A DNA stretch of 64,000 bases from Gemmatimonadales bacterium (GCA_965249575.1 OZ252244.1:512001-576000), one strand, 5' to 3'; shown: positions 38,426 to 49,584, numbered from the stretch's first letter. Notes: generated by a model not told the origin, from the letters alone. Translations and numbers: made by a program.

Positions 38426-40012
38426 CTACCGGTCTCGAAACTCCGACCCCTCTGCCCACGTCGGGCGCTCGGGGCTATTGGCCACGTCGAGCAGGACACG
38501 AACCAGCACTCGAGCCTGTTGCGCGGCCCCGACCGCGGAGTTCCACGGGAGCACTTCGTCGGCCGGCTGATGGTATCGCGAATCGTAGTACTCCCGATAG
38601 CGCTCGTCCCACGGGAAGTCGCCAGGATCCGTCAGCGCCTTCCCGCGCCGCAGGAAGAGTGACGGTACACCTGCCCGGGCGAACGAAAGGTGATCCGACC
38701 GGAAGAAGAATCGCCCGCGTACTTCGGAAGGATGGACCGTAACGGTCAGCCCTTCATCGGCGACCGCCCGCCGGAAGTTGTCACCCAGGGTCGACTGATC
38801 GTCTCCTAGTACTGCGATGTCCCGGGTCTCGCCCCAGATGTTCGCTCCGTCGATGTTGAGCATCGCGACGATGCGACTTGGATCCGGCTCCCGGGCCACG
38901 TACACCTGCGATCCGAGCAATCCCCGTTCTTCCGCGCCGAAGGCGAGGAAACAGATGGACCGTTCGGGGCGAACCCCTGCGGTCGCGATGGCCTCCGCCA
39001 CGGCGAGCAGCGTGGCGGTTCCCGAAGCGTTGTCCAACGCGCCATTATGAATCGAATCGCCAGCTACTGCCGGTCCGATTCCCAGGTGATCGTAGTGTCC
39101 TCCAAGGACAACTACCTCCTGATCGTCGCGGTCGCGGCCGGGGAGACAGGCGGCCACGTTCATCGCCTCGATGCGCTGTGCTACGCGCCCCATGACCCGC
39201 AGCTCGACCTCACCCAAGGAGACCGGCTGGAACTCGGCCGACTCCGCGTCAGCCATCAACTGGTAAAGCGAGGTGCCGGCGCCACTCGCTAGATCGGCCA
39301 GTCGCTCGGGATTGAGCCACCCCGTGACGCGAAGCGGGTCGCCCACATCCGGCGCCAGCCAAACGAGGTCCTGGTAATCGAGGACCGTCTCTTCCCAGCT
39401 CGCCGGTGCTCGAACTGGATGGCTGACCAGGAGGAGCCCGGCGGCACCGCGGCGCCGAGCTTCGTCGCGCTTGTATACAGCCTCTCCGTACGACGTCCCC
39501 AACGTGCCACTCGAATCGACCGCGAGGGGACCGCCCGCGAATGCAACCACCAGTCGTCCGGTCACGTCCGATTCGCCGTAGTCGTCCCGACCGTAGTGAG
39601 ACGCGGTCACGCCGTAGCCGGCGAAGATCGCCTCGACGCGCAGGTCGACCGCAGGCTCACCGGCGGGAGAGAGTGCCACGAAGTCACTGCCCGTCCGTAA
39701 CGTCTCTCCGGACCACCCCGCAACCACCGTCGGCCGATAGCCAAGGAGGGGAAAGCGCTGGTAGAAGGTACCGGCGTCGCCGGCGGGCTCCAGCCCCAGG
39801 CGCCGGAACTGCGTGGCGATGTACAGTGCCGACGGTCGCTCGCCACGGGTTCCGGGAGCACGCCCCTCGAGCTCGTCGTGAGCGAGGAGGCGCAGGTGGG
39901 CTTCGAGGCTCGCTTCCGACACCGATGCCGCGACCTCACCGGCCGATGGCTGCCCCCCACACGCCGTCGCTGACGCGATCGAGACGAGGAGCGCGAAACG
40001 CAATTGCGACAT
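38426..40012 (-). CDS. M28-family metallopeptidase with PA domain, lipoprotein
   Basis: LEGRAPG, GHYDHLG, NGALDNASG, AEERGLLGS, RSDH, YHQPAD. Confidence 0.92.
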   Translation of the reverse strand: MSQLRFALLVSIASATACGGQPSAGEVAASVSEASLEAHLRLLAHDELEGRAPGTRGERPSALYIATQFRRLGLEPAGDAGTFYQRFPLLGYRPTVVAGWSGETLRTGSDFVALSPAGEPAVDLRVEAIFAGYGVTASHYGRDDYGESDVTGRLVVAFAGGPLAVDSSGTLGTSYGEAVYKRDEARRRGAAGLLLVSHPVRAPASWEETVLDYQDLVWLAPDVGDPLRVTGWLNPERLADLASGAGTSLYQLMADAESAEFQPVSLGEVELRVMGRVAQRIEAMNVAACLPGRDRDDQEVVVLGGHYDHLGIGPAVAGDSIHNGALDNASGTATLLAVAEAIATAGVRPERSICFLAFGAEERGLLGSQVYVAREPDPSRIVAMLNIDGANIWGETRDIAVLGDDQSTLGDNFRRAVADEGLTVTVHPSEVRGRFFFRSDHLSFARAGVPSLFLRRGKALTDPGDFPWDERYREYYDSRYHQPADEVLPWNSAVGAAQQARVLVRVLLDVANSPERPTWAEGSEFRDR

Positions 40013-40030
40013 GTGCAGTGTTCCTCCTGA

Positions 40031-41446
40031 TCAGCTCACTTTGTTCGGCGTTGGTGCGCCCTCCGGTCCGTTGTCCCAGTCCTGCGCGCTCGAGACGTTG
40101 GGCACGCCCCACTGGTGACCGTTCCACCCCTCGAAGCCGTCTAATCGAAAAGCCCAGAAGCCCGAGTCGAGATCGGTCATCACAATCAACCCGTCGGCAT
40201 TACGCACGTCGATCCCCCAGCCGCCCTCGTACACGCTGTTACCTCGACCGTGAGCATAGGTCTCCTGCCAACCAGCAACGCCGATGCCGTGCCGATAGGG
40301 TGCCGGCCGGGTGGAATAGAACCCAATCGAATAGGGATTCGAGGGATCCATCCAGTTGAGGACGTGGAACCCGTCGGTCTGTCCGGCAATGAATACGTAG
40401 GGCCAGCGCACCTCGGAGTAGTGTGGCGTGCCTTCGGGACTCGCGTTCCAGGCCCCGATGGGACGTGAGACGGCTCGTACTTCTCCGTCGTATGCGGGCT
40501 TCAAGTCGACGATCCGGATGGGTGCGTACCAATCCTCGAGATGCGACATGACGATGGCGTACCGGCCGTCTGGCGTCGGCGTGAACGTGTGATGCCCTGA
40601 CATGCCGGCGATGTTCGTGGCCGACACCAGGAGCTCCGGGTGCTCGGGATCGGTGATGTCAAAGACGTGGGCGCCGCCCGATCCCGCGCCGTAGAATTTG
40701 TCCTGCCTCGTGGCGGGATCGTAACCCACATAAAAGTCGTGCCATGCTGGCCGGGTCGTGTACGTGACCTCATTGAGGTTGGGAATCACGACCTTCCCGA
40801 CCACGATCTCCGGATGACCCGCCACGATCCGGTCGACGTCGTAGATGTAAGCCTCTGGCGAGACCGTCTGAGTCACGACGAGCGCCGCTCCGCTCGAATG
40901 CTTGTACGCGAACGTCTCGTGGAAACCGCCCGGGTGCTCGGGGACACGGATCCGGGCGACCTCCCTGATGGTCGAGGTGTCCGGGAGCCCCGTGACGTCC
41001 CAGACGATCGCGCCGAGATCCGTGTTGGGACCACCCTGCCGGAATTGGAACCCGTTGAAGAAGTAATACCGGCCGTTGGTCTTTACGTACGCTGGCGCCA
41101 GCGAGCCCGGCCCACGGTGCAGCGCGGCGTCCTCGATGCGCCACGAGTAGATGAGCTTGGGGTTGGACGGATCCTTGATGCTCAGGATGTCGAACCCGAT
41201 GGTGGGATCCGTGGCTCCGACGTGATTAGACCGATCGATGTACACGTACGGTCGCGACAGCTCCTGTTCCAGCTCGATATCCGAAACGTTGTACGGACCA
41301 GAGGCATCGTGCGGCGGGAGGTGCGACATTAGGCGAACGTTGGCGCTTCGCGCTTCGCCCGGTAGCGGGTTTGGACGGTACTCCTGAGGCCCCGCCGCCG
41401 TCGCGACGACCAGCAGTGTTGCAGCGAGAAATGGAAAGCTCGGCAT
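40031..41446 (-). CDS. Secreted LVIVD/choice-of-anchor-B-like beta-propeller protein, paralog 1
   Basis: Signal peptide; GGFHE, WHD, HHTFTPTPDGRY, HYSEVRWPY, DGFEGWNGHQWG, QDWDNGP. Confidence 0.75.
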   Translation of the reverse strand: MPSFPFLAATLLVVATAAGPQEYRPNPLPGEARSANVRLMSHLPPHDASGPYNVSDIELEQELSRPYVYIDRSNHVGATDPTIGFDILSIKDPSNPKLIYSWRIEDAALHRGPGSLAPAYVKTNGRYYFFNGFQFRQGGPNTDLGAIVWDVTGLPDTSTIREVARIRVPEHPGGFHETFAYKHSSGAALVVTQTVSPEAYIYDVDRIVAGHPEIVVGKVVIPNLNEVTYTTRPAWHDFYVGYDPATRQDKFYGAGSGGAHVFDITDPEHPELLVSATNIAGMSGHHTFTPTPDGRYAIVMSHLEDWYAPIRIVDLKPAYDGEVRAVSRPIGAWNASPEGTPHYSEVRWPYVFIAGQTDGFHVLNWMDPSNPYSIGFYSTRPAPYRHGIGVAGWQETYAHGRGNSVYEGGWGIDVRNADGLIVMTDLDSGFWAFRLDGFEGWNGHQWGVPNVSSAQDWDNGPEGAPTPNKVS

Positions 41447-41672
41447 GTCTTCGCCCTCGACGATGGGGATGATGCTTAACATGCGGGCCGCTGCGCGGGA
41501 TCGCCAACCCCCTCTGGCCTTCCGCCCCGGATCCGAGATACGGACTGCGACCGCGAGATTTGCGATCTCACCCCGGAGCGTTCATAATGAATGGAATTTC
41601 ACACCTGACGGCACGCTCGTCTCGGGCGTCCACTCCTGGATGGCCGCGGGCCGAACGGACAGTGATGGCGGC

Positions 41673-44036
41673 ATGCAACTCCTTCTTTTTCTAACCGTCC
41701 TCCAGACTAGCGCCGAGCCCGTGCAGACGCCCGCACCCGCATTCGCGCCGGCGGTATTCCACGGGCGACGCAATCAGACTGACGTCGCGCTCCCGCGCCT
41801 AGAGACCGACGTCGTCATCGATGGAATACTCGACGAGGACGTGTGGCGACGCGCCGCTGTTCTTACGGGATTCTCCCAGTTCTCGCCGGTGGACGGTCGT
41901 CCGGCGGACGATTCGACCGACGTGCTCGTGTGGTACGCGCCCACGGCGATCTACTTCGGGATCCGCGCCTTCGCCGACCCGGGCACTGTCCGAGCGACCC
42001 TTGCGGACCGTGACAAGCTCACCGGCGACGACTTCTTTCAAATCCTGCTCGACACCTTCGACGACGGTCGCCAGGCGCTGGTGTTTGCCGTTAACCCGCT
42101 GGGGGTGCAGGCCGATGGTGTCCGCACGGAGTCACAGCAGGGCGCGCGACGGGGGAACAACGAGGCCACCGACGACGAAGTCGACCTCAGTCCCGACTTC
42201 GTATTCGAGTCCCGCGGCCGGCTCACCGAATGGGGTTACGCGGTAGAAGTCCGCATTCCGTTCAAGAGCATCCGGTACCGGTCCGTCGAGATCCAGCGCT
42301 GGCGACTGAATATTCTCCGGAAGGTTCAGGCAACGGGATACGAGCACACCTGGACCCCGGCGCGGCGGGCGAACGCGTCGTTCCTGGCTCAATCCGGGAG
42401 GTTGCAGGGTCTGCGATCCTTGAGCCGAGGTCTGGTACTCGACATCAACCCAGAAACGACGGCGAAAATCGACGGCACCCGGGGCACCACGGGTTGGGAT
42501 TACGAGACGACCCGGCCGGAGCTGGGCGGCAACGTCCGCTGGGGTGTGACCACGAATCTGAGCCTCGCCGCGACCGCCAATCCAGACTTCTCCAACATCG
42601 AAGCGGACGTAGCGCAGGCGCCGAGCGATCCACGGTTCGCAGTGTCGTTTCCAGAGAAACGGCCTTTCTTCCTCGAGGGAAGCGAGCAGTTCGCGGCCCG
42701 GAACTCGCTGATCTACACACGGCGGATCGCGGACCCGGTGGGCGCGCTCAAGCTTGCGGGCAAGGCTTCGGGCATCAATGTCGGGCTGCTATCCGCCGTC
42801 GACGCTCGCATTACTTCCGCCACAGGGAACGACTACCCGGTGTTCAACGTTCTGCGGCTCAAGGGAGACCTCGGGCCGCAGTCCAGCGCGGGGGTGGTGT
42901 ATACCGACCGGATCGAAGGATCGGATTACAATCGGCTGGCGGTCGCCGACGCCCGGCTCGTGTTCGGAGGCATCTACTCCTTCGAGATGCAGGCTGGGCA
43001 GAGCTTCACACGCACCGGGGGAGTGAGTACCCGAGGCCCGATTTGGGAAGGTGCCATTGATCGGAATGGTCGGAGGTTTGGCTTCAACCTCCGCGTGACC
43101 GGCATCCACCCCGACTTCGAGGCCCAGACGGGCTTCATCCGGCGGCGGGGATTCATCCAGCCGAGCTTCCGGGCGCGACACACCGTATACGGACGCCCAG
43201 GAGCCGCGCTCGAGCGCTACCAGCTCGGTTTCTTCACCTATGGATATTGGCGCTACGACGACTTCTTCGGGGAGCGGGTACCCTACGAGCATCAGCTCGG
43301 CTTCCAAAACAACTTCGTGCTGCGGGGTGGGTGGAGCTTGCGGATAAACCCGATCTGGGAATCAATCGACTTCGATCCCGATTTTTTCGCCGACTACGGG
43401 GTCGAACGCCAGCTTCCGGGCGGCTCGGTCGACACGGTCGGGTTCGTCGTCCCGGGACGCATTCACAATTGGGGAATCTCCGGTGGGTTCTCGACGCCGC
43501 AGCTCAAGCGCTTTGCCGCGTCATTCGGAGGCGTCATAGCACATGACATCGCATGGTTCGAACGCCGCGAGGCACTGCTGCTGTCCTTGCGTCCCGCGGC
43601 GACGTGGCGGCCATCCGACCGGATCCGGATCGAAGCGCAGCACACCCACCTGGAGTTCCGCCGGTTCAGCGACTGGTCGAGGTTCATCACGGCGGACATC
43701 CCGCGGCTCAAGGTCGAATACCAGGTCTCCCGGCCCCTCTTCGTGCGTCTGGTCGCGCAGTACGAGGCTCGCATTCACGATGCGTTCCGCGACCCGCGCA
43801 CGGAGGAGCCCATCCTGATCCGGCCCGGTCCCGGCCTGCCCTACGAGGCCACCCAGCGAAGCGAAACCAATCGGCTTCGCGTGGACTGGTTGTTCTCCTA
43901 CCGCCCGAACCCGGGCACCGTGCTCTTTCTGGGATACGGCTCGAGTCTCGATGAGACAAGCGCGTTCTCGTTCCGAAATCTGTCTCGTACCAGTGACGGG
44001 TTCTTCGCCAAGCTCAGCTATCTGTTTCGGATGTGA
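41673..44036 (+). CDS. DUF5916-like protein (CBM9-like N-terminus + outer-membrane beta-barrel)
   Basis: IDGILDEDVW, VNPLGVQAD, EVRIPFKSIRY, NPDFSNIEAD, FPEKRPFFLEG, YTRRI, terminal KLSYLFRM. Confidence 0.85.
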   Translation: MQLLLFLTVLQTSAEPVQTPAPAFAPAVFHGRRNQTDVALPRLETDVVIDGILDEDVWRRAAVLTGFSQFSPVDGRPADDSTDVLVWYAPTAIYFGIRAFADPGTVRATLADRDKLTGDDFFQILLDTFDDGRQALVFAVNPLGVQADGVRTESQQGARRGNNEATDDEVDLSPDFVFESRGRLTEWGYAVEVRIPFKSIRYRSVEIQRWRLNILRKVQATGYEHTWTPARRANASFLAQSGRLQGLRSLSRGLVLDINPETTAKIDGTRGTTGWDYETTRPELGGNVRWGVTTNLSLAATANPDFSNIEADVAQAPSDPRFAVSFPEKRPFFLEGSEQFAARNSLIYTRRIADPVGALKLAGKASGINVGLLSAVDARITSATGNDYPVFNVLRLKGDLGPQSSAGVVYTDRIEGSDYNRLAVADARLVFGGIYSFEMQAGQSFTRTGGVSTRGPIWEGAIDRNGRRFGFNLRVTGIHPDFEAQTGFIRRRGFIQPSFRARHTVYGRPGAALERYQLGFFTYGYWRYDDFFGERVPYEHQLGFQNNFVLRGGWSLRINPIWESIDFDPDFFADYGVERQLPGGSVDTVGFVVPGRIHNWGISGGFSTPQLKRFAASFGGVIAHDIAWFERREALLLSLRPAATWRPSDRIRIEAQHTHLEFRRFSDWSRFITADIPRLKVEYQVSRPLFVRLVAQYEARIHDAFRDPRTEEPILIRPGPGLPYEATQRSETNRLRVDWLFSYRPNPGTVLFLGYGSSLDETSAFSFRNLSRTSDGFFAKLSYLFRM

Positions 44037-44115
44037 CGACGCATTGCGCATTGGGCGATGACGAATGACAATGAAAAATGAATCTCCCCCTTCTCGGTCT
44101 TCAGAGGATATATCA

Positions 44116-45519
44116 ATGATTCGCAAGAACACCCCCGCTCCCGTGCGCCCAGCCGTGTTCGTGTTGCTCCTGCTCGTCGGTGTCGCCGGCGTGGCCCAGG
44201 CACAGTACCCTCCCGGCGAGCAGGGGAGCCGCAACGTGCGCATCATGTCCCATCTACCCCTCGGCCGTGCGTTCAGCGTATCGGACATCGAGATGGAACA
44301 GGAACTCTCGCGCCCATACGTGTACGTCGCGCGAATGTTGGTACACGGCACCGAGATCATCAGCATCAAGGATCCGGAGAACGCCGAGGTGATTTACTCG
44401 TGGCGGATCGACAATCCCGAGCTACACCAAGGGAACGGCGGGATGGACAACAAGTACTTCAAGCTCAAGGGCCGATATTACGACGTTCAGTCGTTTCAGT
44501 TCGGCCGGAGTGGTCCGGACGCCGACGTTGGGGCGGTCGTGCTAGACGTCACGAGCTTGCCCGACGTATCGAAGGTCAAGGAAGTCGGTCGTATCCGGGC
44601 GCCGGATCGACCAGGGGGCTTTCACAACATCTTCGCGTACAAGCACTCCGACGGCAGGGTGCTGCTGTTCACGACAACCACCGGACCCTCGGTGAACGTC
44701 TACGACATGGAGCGGTTCCTCGCCGGGGATTCGCGACAGGGCTACGTGGGCAGCATCCCGACGCCTGACAACGCGACGGCCGGGATGCCGGAGTTTCTCT
44801 CACGCGCACTCCCAGGGTACCACGACGTCTACGTAGGCTACGACCCCGCCACTCGCCAGGACAAGTTCTACGGTGGTGGCGCGGGTGGTTACTACATTTA
44901 CGACGTGAGCCGGGTTGAGGCACCGACACTCGTGACCTCAGTAACTGGAATGGCTGGGGTACCGTTCGGGCACACGTTCACGCCCACGCCCGATGGCCGG
45001 TATGCCGTCCTCGAGACGGAGTATCAGTACGCACCGTTGCGGATCGTGGACCTGAAACCGGGCCTGGATGGTGAGGTCAGAACAGTCTCACGACCTATCG
45101 GTGCCTGGACCGCGCGCTGGCAGGGGCTTCCGCACAATCACGAGGTGCGTTGGCCCTATGTGTTCGTCTCCCACTATGAGGATGGCCTGCACATCTTCAA
45201 CATGACGGATCCGACGAACCCGTATACCGTTGGTTACTACGACTCCTACGACGGGCCCCACCAGCGGGGGTACGGCGGAGCCAATGACCCGGAAAGTAGC
45301 ACGGGAGTCACCAGCGGAGCGTTTGGCGTGGATGTTCGCAACGCGGACGGGCTCATCGTACTGAGCGACTTCAGGACCGGCTTCTGGGCGTTCAAGATGG
45401 ACGGCTTCGACGGCTGGAACGGCCACCAATGGGGCATGCCGAACGTGTCATCGGTCCAGGACTGGGATAACGGACCGGAGGGCGCCCCAACGGCCGCGCG
45501 CGTGAGCGCGCGCGAGTGA
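44116..45519 (+). CDS. Secreted LVIVD-like beta-propeller protein, paralog 2
   Basis: QYPPGEQGS, GGFHNIFAYKHSDG, YHD, GHTFTPTPDG, HNHEVRWPY. Confidence 0.78.
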   Translation: MIRKNTPAPVRPAVFVLLLLVGVAGVAQAQYPPGEQGSRNVRIMSHLPLGRAFSVSDIEMEQELSRPYVYVARMLVHGTEIISIKDPENAEVIYSWRIDNPELHQGNGGMDNKYFKLKGRYYDVQSFQFGRSGPDADVGAVVLDVTSLPDVSKVKEVGRIRAPDRPGGFHNIFAYKHSDGRVLLFTTTTGPSVNVYDMERFLAGDSRQGYVGSIPTPDNATAGMPEFLSRALPGYHDVYVGYDPATRQDKFYGGGAGGYYIYDVSRVEAPTLVTSVTGMAGVPFGHTFTPTPDGRYAVLETEYQYAPLRIVDLKPGLDGEVRTVSRPIGAWTARWQGLPHNHEVRWPYVFVSHYEDGLHIFNMTDPTNPYTVGYYDSYDGPHQRGYGGANDPESSTGVTSGAFGVDVRNADGLIVLSDFRTGFWAFKMDGFDGWNGHQWGMPNVSSVQDWDNGPEGAPTAARVSARE

Positions 45520-45624
45520 GGAGGGCCCCTCCCCACTCGACCCGGCCTAGTGAGCAGTAAGCGGTGACCCGTCCCCACCCGTATGCGGTTGGGACGGGGA
45601 TGGGTAGCCTCCTTAATGCTCACT
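45515..45624 (+). repeat. ~110-bp imperfect palindromic intergenic repeat, copy B
   Basis: AGTGAGGAGGGCCCCTCCCCAC...GTGAGCAGTAAGC...GGGTAGCCTCCTTAATGCTCACT. Confidence 0.7.
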
Positions 45625-45687
45625 TGGGAGAGGGGAAGGAGGGTGAACGCCTCACTCGGGGTGATGGGAGGCGATGGGGCCCGCCGC

Positions 45688-47040
45688 TCAGCTCACCCTC
45701 GTCGGCCCGGTCGCCCCGTCCGGTCCATTATCCCAATCTTGCGCCGACGAGATATTCGGCACCCCCCACCGATGGCCATTCCAGCCGTCGAACCCGTCCA
45801 TTCTCATGGTCCAGAACCCCGTATACATGTCGCCGACAACGATGAGCCCGTCGGCGTTTCGCACGTCCACCCCGAACGCACCGTTGTCCACTACCGTGCC
45901 GTTCTCGGGATCGTCGATCCCTCCAAACCCCCGCTGATGGGGCCCCTCGTAGGTGTCGTAGTATCCGACAGAATACGGATTTGCCGGATCCATCACGTTG
46001 ATCACATGCAGGCCGTCCTCGTAGCCGGCCACGAACACGTACGGCCAGCGCACCTCCAAGTTGTGAACCACGTTCCGCCAGTCGGGAGTCCAGGCACCTA
46101 CCGGACGGGAAACGGTTTGCACGTCGCCCTCTAAGCCCGGCTCGAGGTCGAATACCCTTACGGGCGCGAACTGGTACGCCGTGCTCTCCAGAGCGTATCG
46201 TCCGTCGGGTGTTGGCGTAAACGTGTGCCCCCGCGTAATTCCCGCCACGCCGGCGACCGTGGTGAGGAGCCTGGGGGTCTCTGGAAGACTGACGTCGAAC
46301 ACGAAGTACGCCCCCCCGGCTCCGTAGAACTTGTCTTGGCGACTCGCCGGGTCATATCCGACGTAGAGGTCGTGGTAGACCCTGTACGTCGAGGGATCGT
46401 CTGGGAGCGGGATGCGCGATACGAGCCCGGCGTTTGGATCTCCGGCGAGAAAGCGTCCCATATCGTAAACGTTGGCGTGGCGCCCCGCGGTCGTGGTGAA
46501 CAGCAACACCCGCCCATCGGAGTGTTTGTAGGCGAAGATATTGTGAAAGCCGCCGGGGGTGTCGGCGGCACGAATGCGGCCCACCTCCTCTATGAGGCTC
46601 GTGTCCGGAAGGCCCGTGACATCCAACACGACCGCGCCCAAATCCGCGTCGGGACTGGCAGTGACGAACTGGAAGGACTGTATGTCGTAGTAACGGCCTC
46701 CCAGCTTGAAGTACTTGTTATCCATGGCGCCGACGCCGCGGTGCAGCTCGGGCTCCCCGATCCGCCAGTAGTAGAGGATCCGGGGCCTGCGCGGATCTCG
46801 AACGTCGATGATGTTGAGCCCCGCCGAGTGCGTGGACCCGTGCATGCGAGAGACATATGCGAAGGGGCGGGAGAGCTCCTGCTCGAGCTCCACATCGGTG
46901 ACGGTGAACTGACGCCCGAGCCCGATGTGAGCGAGTATGTCCATGTTCGTGCTTCCCTGCTGTCCGGGTGGGTATTGCCCACCGACGGGACTCGCCAGTA
47001 GCGACCCGAGCCCCACCAGAAATACGTAACGCCAGTACAT
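45688..47040 (-). CDS. Secreted LVIVD-like beta-propeller protein, paralog 3
   Basis: ATG 47040 with RBS AGGAGA; same motif set as paralog 2. Confidence 0.78.
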   Translation of the reverse strand: MYWRYVFLVGLGSLLASPVGGQYPPGQQGSTNMDILAHIGLGRQFTVTDVELEQELSRPFAYVSRMHGSTHSAGLNIIDVRDPRRPRILYYWRIGEPELHRGVGAMDNKYFKLGGRYYDIQSFQFVTASPDADLGAVVLDVTGLPDTSLIEEVGRIRAADTPGGFHNIFAYKHSDGRVLLFTTTAGRHANVYDMGRFLAGDPNAGLVSRIPLPDDPSTYRVYHDLYVGYDPASRQDKFYGAGGAYFVFDVSLPETPRLLTTVAGVAGITRGHTFTPTPDGRYALESTAYQFAPVRVFDLEPGLEGDVQTVSRPVGAWTPDWRNVVHNLEVRWPYVFVAGYEDGLHVINVMDPANPYSVGYYDTYEGPHQRGFGGIDDPENGTVVDNGAFGVDVRNADGLIVVGDMYTGFWTMRMDGFDGWNGHRWGVPNISSAQDWDNGPDGATGPTRVS

Positions 47041-47132
47041 GTCGTCTCCTGAGAAGGGCATGGCGCGGAGAGGCCCGCCCGTCAGCCGTGTGCAGCGCTG
47101 GTCAGGCGGTGTGACCTCCCCTCCGTCACCAT

Positions 47133-47522
47133 TTACCCCGGACTCTTCAAGTGCGATGGACGCGGCGTGAGTACCATCAGCACCACGCCGATAATGATCA
47201 GGGCCGGCACGTCTCCGATCAGGTTCGCTCGCTCCCCGGGATCGGCGACCGCCTGGACCAGCATGATCAACCCATGGATGAGGGTCTGCCATGCCGCAAA
47301 CCAGATCAGGCTCAAGTGCTCCAGAGGATTGCGCGCAGCGAGAAAGAGGAAAACGCCAAGCACTGCAATGGTGCCGAGGATCATCTGCTCGTACTCACTC
47401 TGGCGCGGCTCCCAGGCAAACCCAGCGGGCCACAGCTGCATGAGCGGGAAGACACCGACAACGAAGATGACACCGATGATTCTCAGCGCAATACTGAGCG
47501 CAGCCGTGTTGGGTGCGGCCAT
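47133..47522 (-). CDS. DUF6632-like membrane protein
   Basis: WPAGFAW...YEQMILG...AARNPLEHLSLIWF...HGLIM...GDVPAL; RBS AAGGAG. Confidence 0.75.
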   Translation of the reverse strand: MAAPNTAALSIALRIIGVIFVVGVFPLMQLWPAGFAWEPRQSEYEQMILGTIAVLGVFLFLAARNPLEHLSLIWFAAWQTLIHGLIMLVQAVADPGERANLIGDVPALIIIGVVLMVLTPRPSHLKSPG

Positions 47523-47747
47523 GTCAGTCTCCTTGTTCTGGGATCGGTGAGGTTCGCGTTAGCGGAAACTCCCGCGGGCCGCATCGTTCGATCACGACGC
47601 GGATCTGCCAATCTGCAGCGTGCACTCCACGTTCCGCAATTGCACACGCTGAGACACCCACGCCCCCCCCCCTGGCCGGATGAATCTTTTGGCGTCAGAC
47701 TTGACGCTGCGCATCTACCCTCCTCCCACAGGACGTGACTAACGCCC

Positions 47748-48662
47748 GTGCTCGAGATTCTGGGTTCCTTCGACGCCAAGGTCTGGCTTCTTATCTGCCT
47801 GGCCGTCGTGGCCGCGTACTTCGGATTCCAGTTCCTGAGGGCGGTTCTAAGGAGAAGGGGTAAGGCGGATACCGGGATCGCGCCGAGCGGCGGGCAACTC
47901 GCCACCGGCTTCGTGACGAACTTCTTCGACACGCTGGGGATCGGCTCCTTCGCGCCGACCACCTCCGCGTTCAAGTTCTGGCGCATGGTCCCCGATGAAC
48001 GCATCCCGGGCACGCTGAACGTCGGTCACACGCTCCCCGTGATACTTCAGACGTTCATCTACACCCGTATCGTGCCCGTCGAAGCACCAACGCTGATTCT
48101 CATGATCGGTGGAGCCGTGGCCGGCGCCTGGCTCGGCGCCGGCGTCGTCGCGGGGCTGCCACGGCGAACGATTCAACTCGGCATGGGAGGTGCGCTCGTT
48201 GCCGCCGCTGGCCTGATGGTGACCGCGCAAGTGGGTCTTCTACCCACCGGCGGCGAGGCGTTAGGGCTGCGGGGCCCTCTCCTCGGTGTTGCCGTGGCGA
48301 GCAACTTCGTGCTCGGTGCACTCATGACGTTGGGCATTGGGCTGTGCGCGCGCTGCATGATTCTGGTGAGCCTGCTCGGCATGAACCCCATCTCGGCCTT
48401 CCCGATCATGATGGGCTCCTGCGCGTTTCTCATGCCGGTCGGCAGCACCAGGTTCGTGCGCAAGGGAAGCTTCAGCGCGCGGGCCGCCATCGGACTCACC
48501 GTGGGCGGTCTGCCAGCTATCCTCCTTGCGGCGTTTCTCGTCAAATCGCTGCCGCTGACGGCCGTTCGATGGCTGGTCATCGTCGTGGTGCTCTACGCGG
48601 CGATCGCGCTGCTGCGGTCGGCGCACCTCGGCCGGGCGCCTGCCCCGGCGGCCGTGAGCTGA
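47748..48662 (+). CDS. TauE/SafE (TSUP) family permease
   Basis: NFFDTLGIGSFAPTT, IPGTLNVGH, LMTLGIGL, AFPIMMGSCAFLMP. Confidence 0.85.
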   Translation: MLEILGSFDAKVWLLICLAVVAAYFGFQFLRAVLRRRGKADTGIAPSGGQLATGFVTNFFDTLGIGSFAPTTSAFKFWRMVPDERIPGTLNVGHTLPVILQTFIYTRIVPVEAPTLILMIGGAVAGAWLGAGVVAGLPRRTIQLGMGGALVAAAGLMVTAQVGLLPTGGEALGLRGPLLGVAVASNFVLGALMTLGIGLCARCMILVSLLGMNPISAFPIMMGSCAFLMPVGSTRFVRKGSFSARAAIGLTVGGLPAILLAAFLVKSLPLTAVRWLVIVVVLYAAIALLRSAHLGRAPAPAAVS

Positions 48663-48667
48663 ACGCC

Positions 48668-49462
48668 CTACTCCGGGGCGCGCGTTACGGATAGATCTGG
48701 ACGGCTCCGGAGGACCACGCTCTCAACGCGGGTATAGGTTTCGTTGAAGCGCTCGATGAGCGCGGCCCCGTCTTCCCGCCCATACACCTCCGTGATCACG
48801 TCCGCAAAGGGTCGCTCTGGCAATTGAAACGCGGTCCAGGTGTCGTAGATCAGCACCACCGAGGTCTGTAAGTCGGGACTACCGACCACCGGCGAAATGA
48901 ACACGTAATAGAGTGGAAAGTCTTGCTCGACGATCGCCTGATGAAACTGGATCGCAATTTCTCGAAAGCGGTCGACTTGACCGGGCTTCAGGTGATACGT
49001 CAGGAACTGCACGAGATTCACGGGCCTGCCATCGGGTAGCAGCCGTCGGTTCGTAGTGTCGCTGGCGGTAGTCATGGCGCTGATCGACTCCAACAACGGA
49101 GCCACGGTGGCCTGGAAGTGCGCCGTTCCTTCGATACCGAAACCAGCGTCGTACTCGTCGAAGTCCGCCCAGTTGTGCCCGGGTGATCGCACGAGGTAAC
49201 TGCCCAGACTGCTACCCTGGACCACCTGCCAGACGGCCCAGGACCATGGGTCCTCATGCTCCTTGCGCCACGCGGCGTGCTCCCCGAGGGCCATCTCGAA
49301 CTCGGGGCCCATGCCGACCTTCGGCGTCATCATGTAGGCGCGAGCGAGGGTGTTGGGTGCTTGCCCGTGGGCCCCTTCGCTCGCACTTACCGCGAGCAGC
49401 AACCCCAATACGGGAATCACCAGCACGCGATGCGCGTAGCCCGTCACTGTAGATGTTCGCAC
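48668..49462 (-). CDS. Secreted hypothetical protein with two NIPSNAP-like domains
   Basis: Signal peptide, PK.G...FE.AL..H..WR, WADFD, SRPDLS tail; GTG near 49462 after AGGAGG. Confidence 0.65.
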   Translation of the reverse strand: MRTSTVTGYAHRVLVIPVLGLLLAVSASEGAHGQAPNTLARAYMMTPKVGMGPEFEMALGEHAAWRKEHEDPWSWAVWQVVQGSSLGSYLVRSPGHNWADFDEYDAGFGIEGTAHFQATVAPLLESISAMTTASDTTNRRLLPDGRPVNLVQFLTYHLKPGQVDRFREIAIQFHQAIVEQDFPLYYVFISPVVGSPDLQTSVVLIYDTWTAFQLPERPFADVITEVYGREDGAALIERFNETYTRVESVVLRSRPDLSVTRAPE

Positions 49463-49584
49463 TGAACCTCCTGGCTGTCTGAACGGACACAAATCGGAAA
49501 ACGCGGACCGTGGTAGCGCAGCGGCGTTGGGCTGGGACCGGTTGGCGTCGCCCTGCTGGCGCGACCTACCCCCATCCCAAGGTG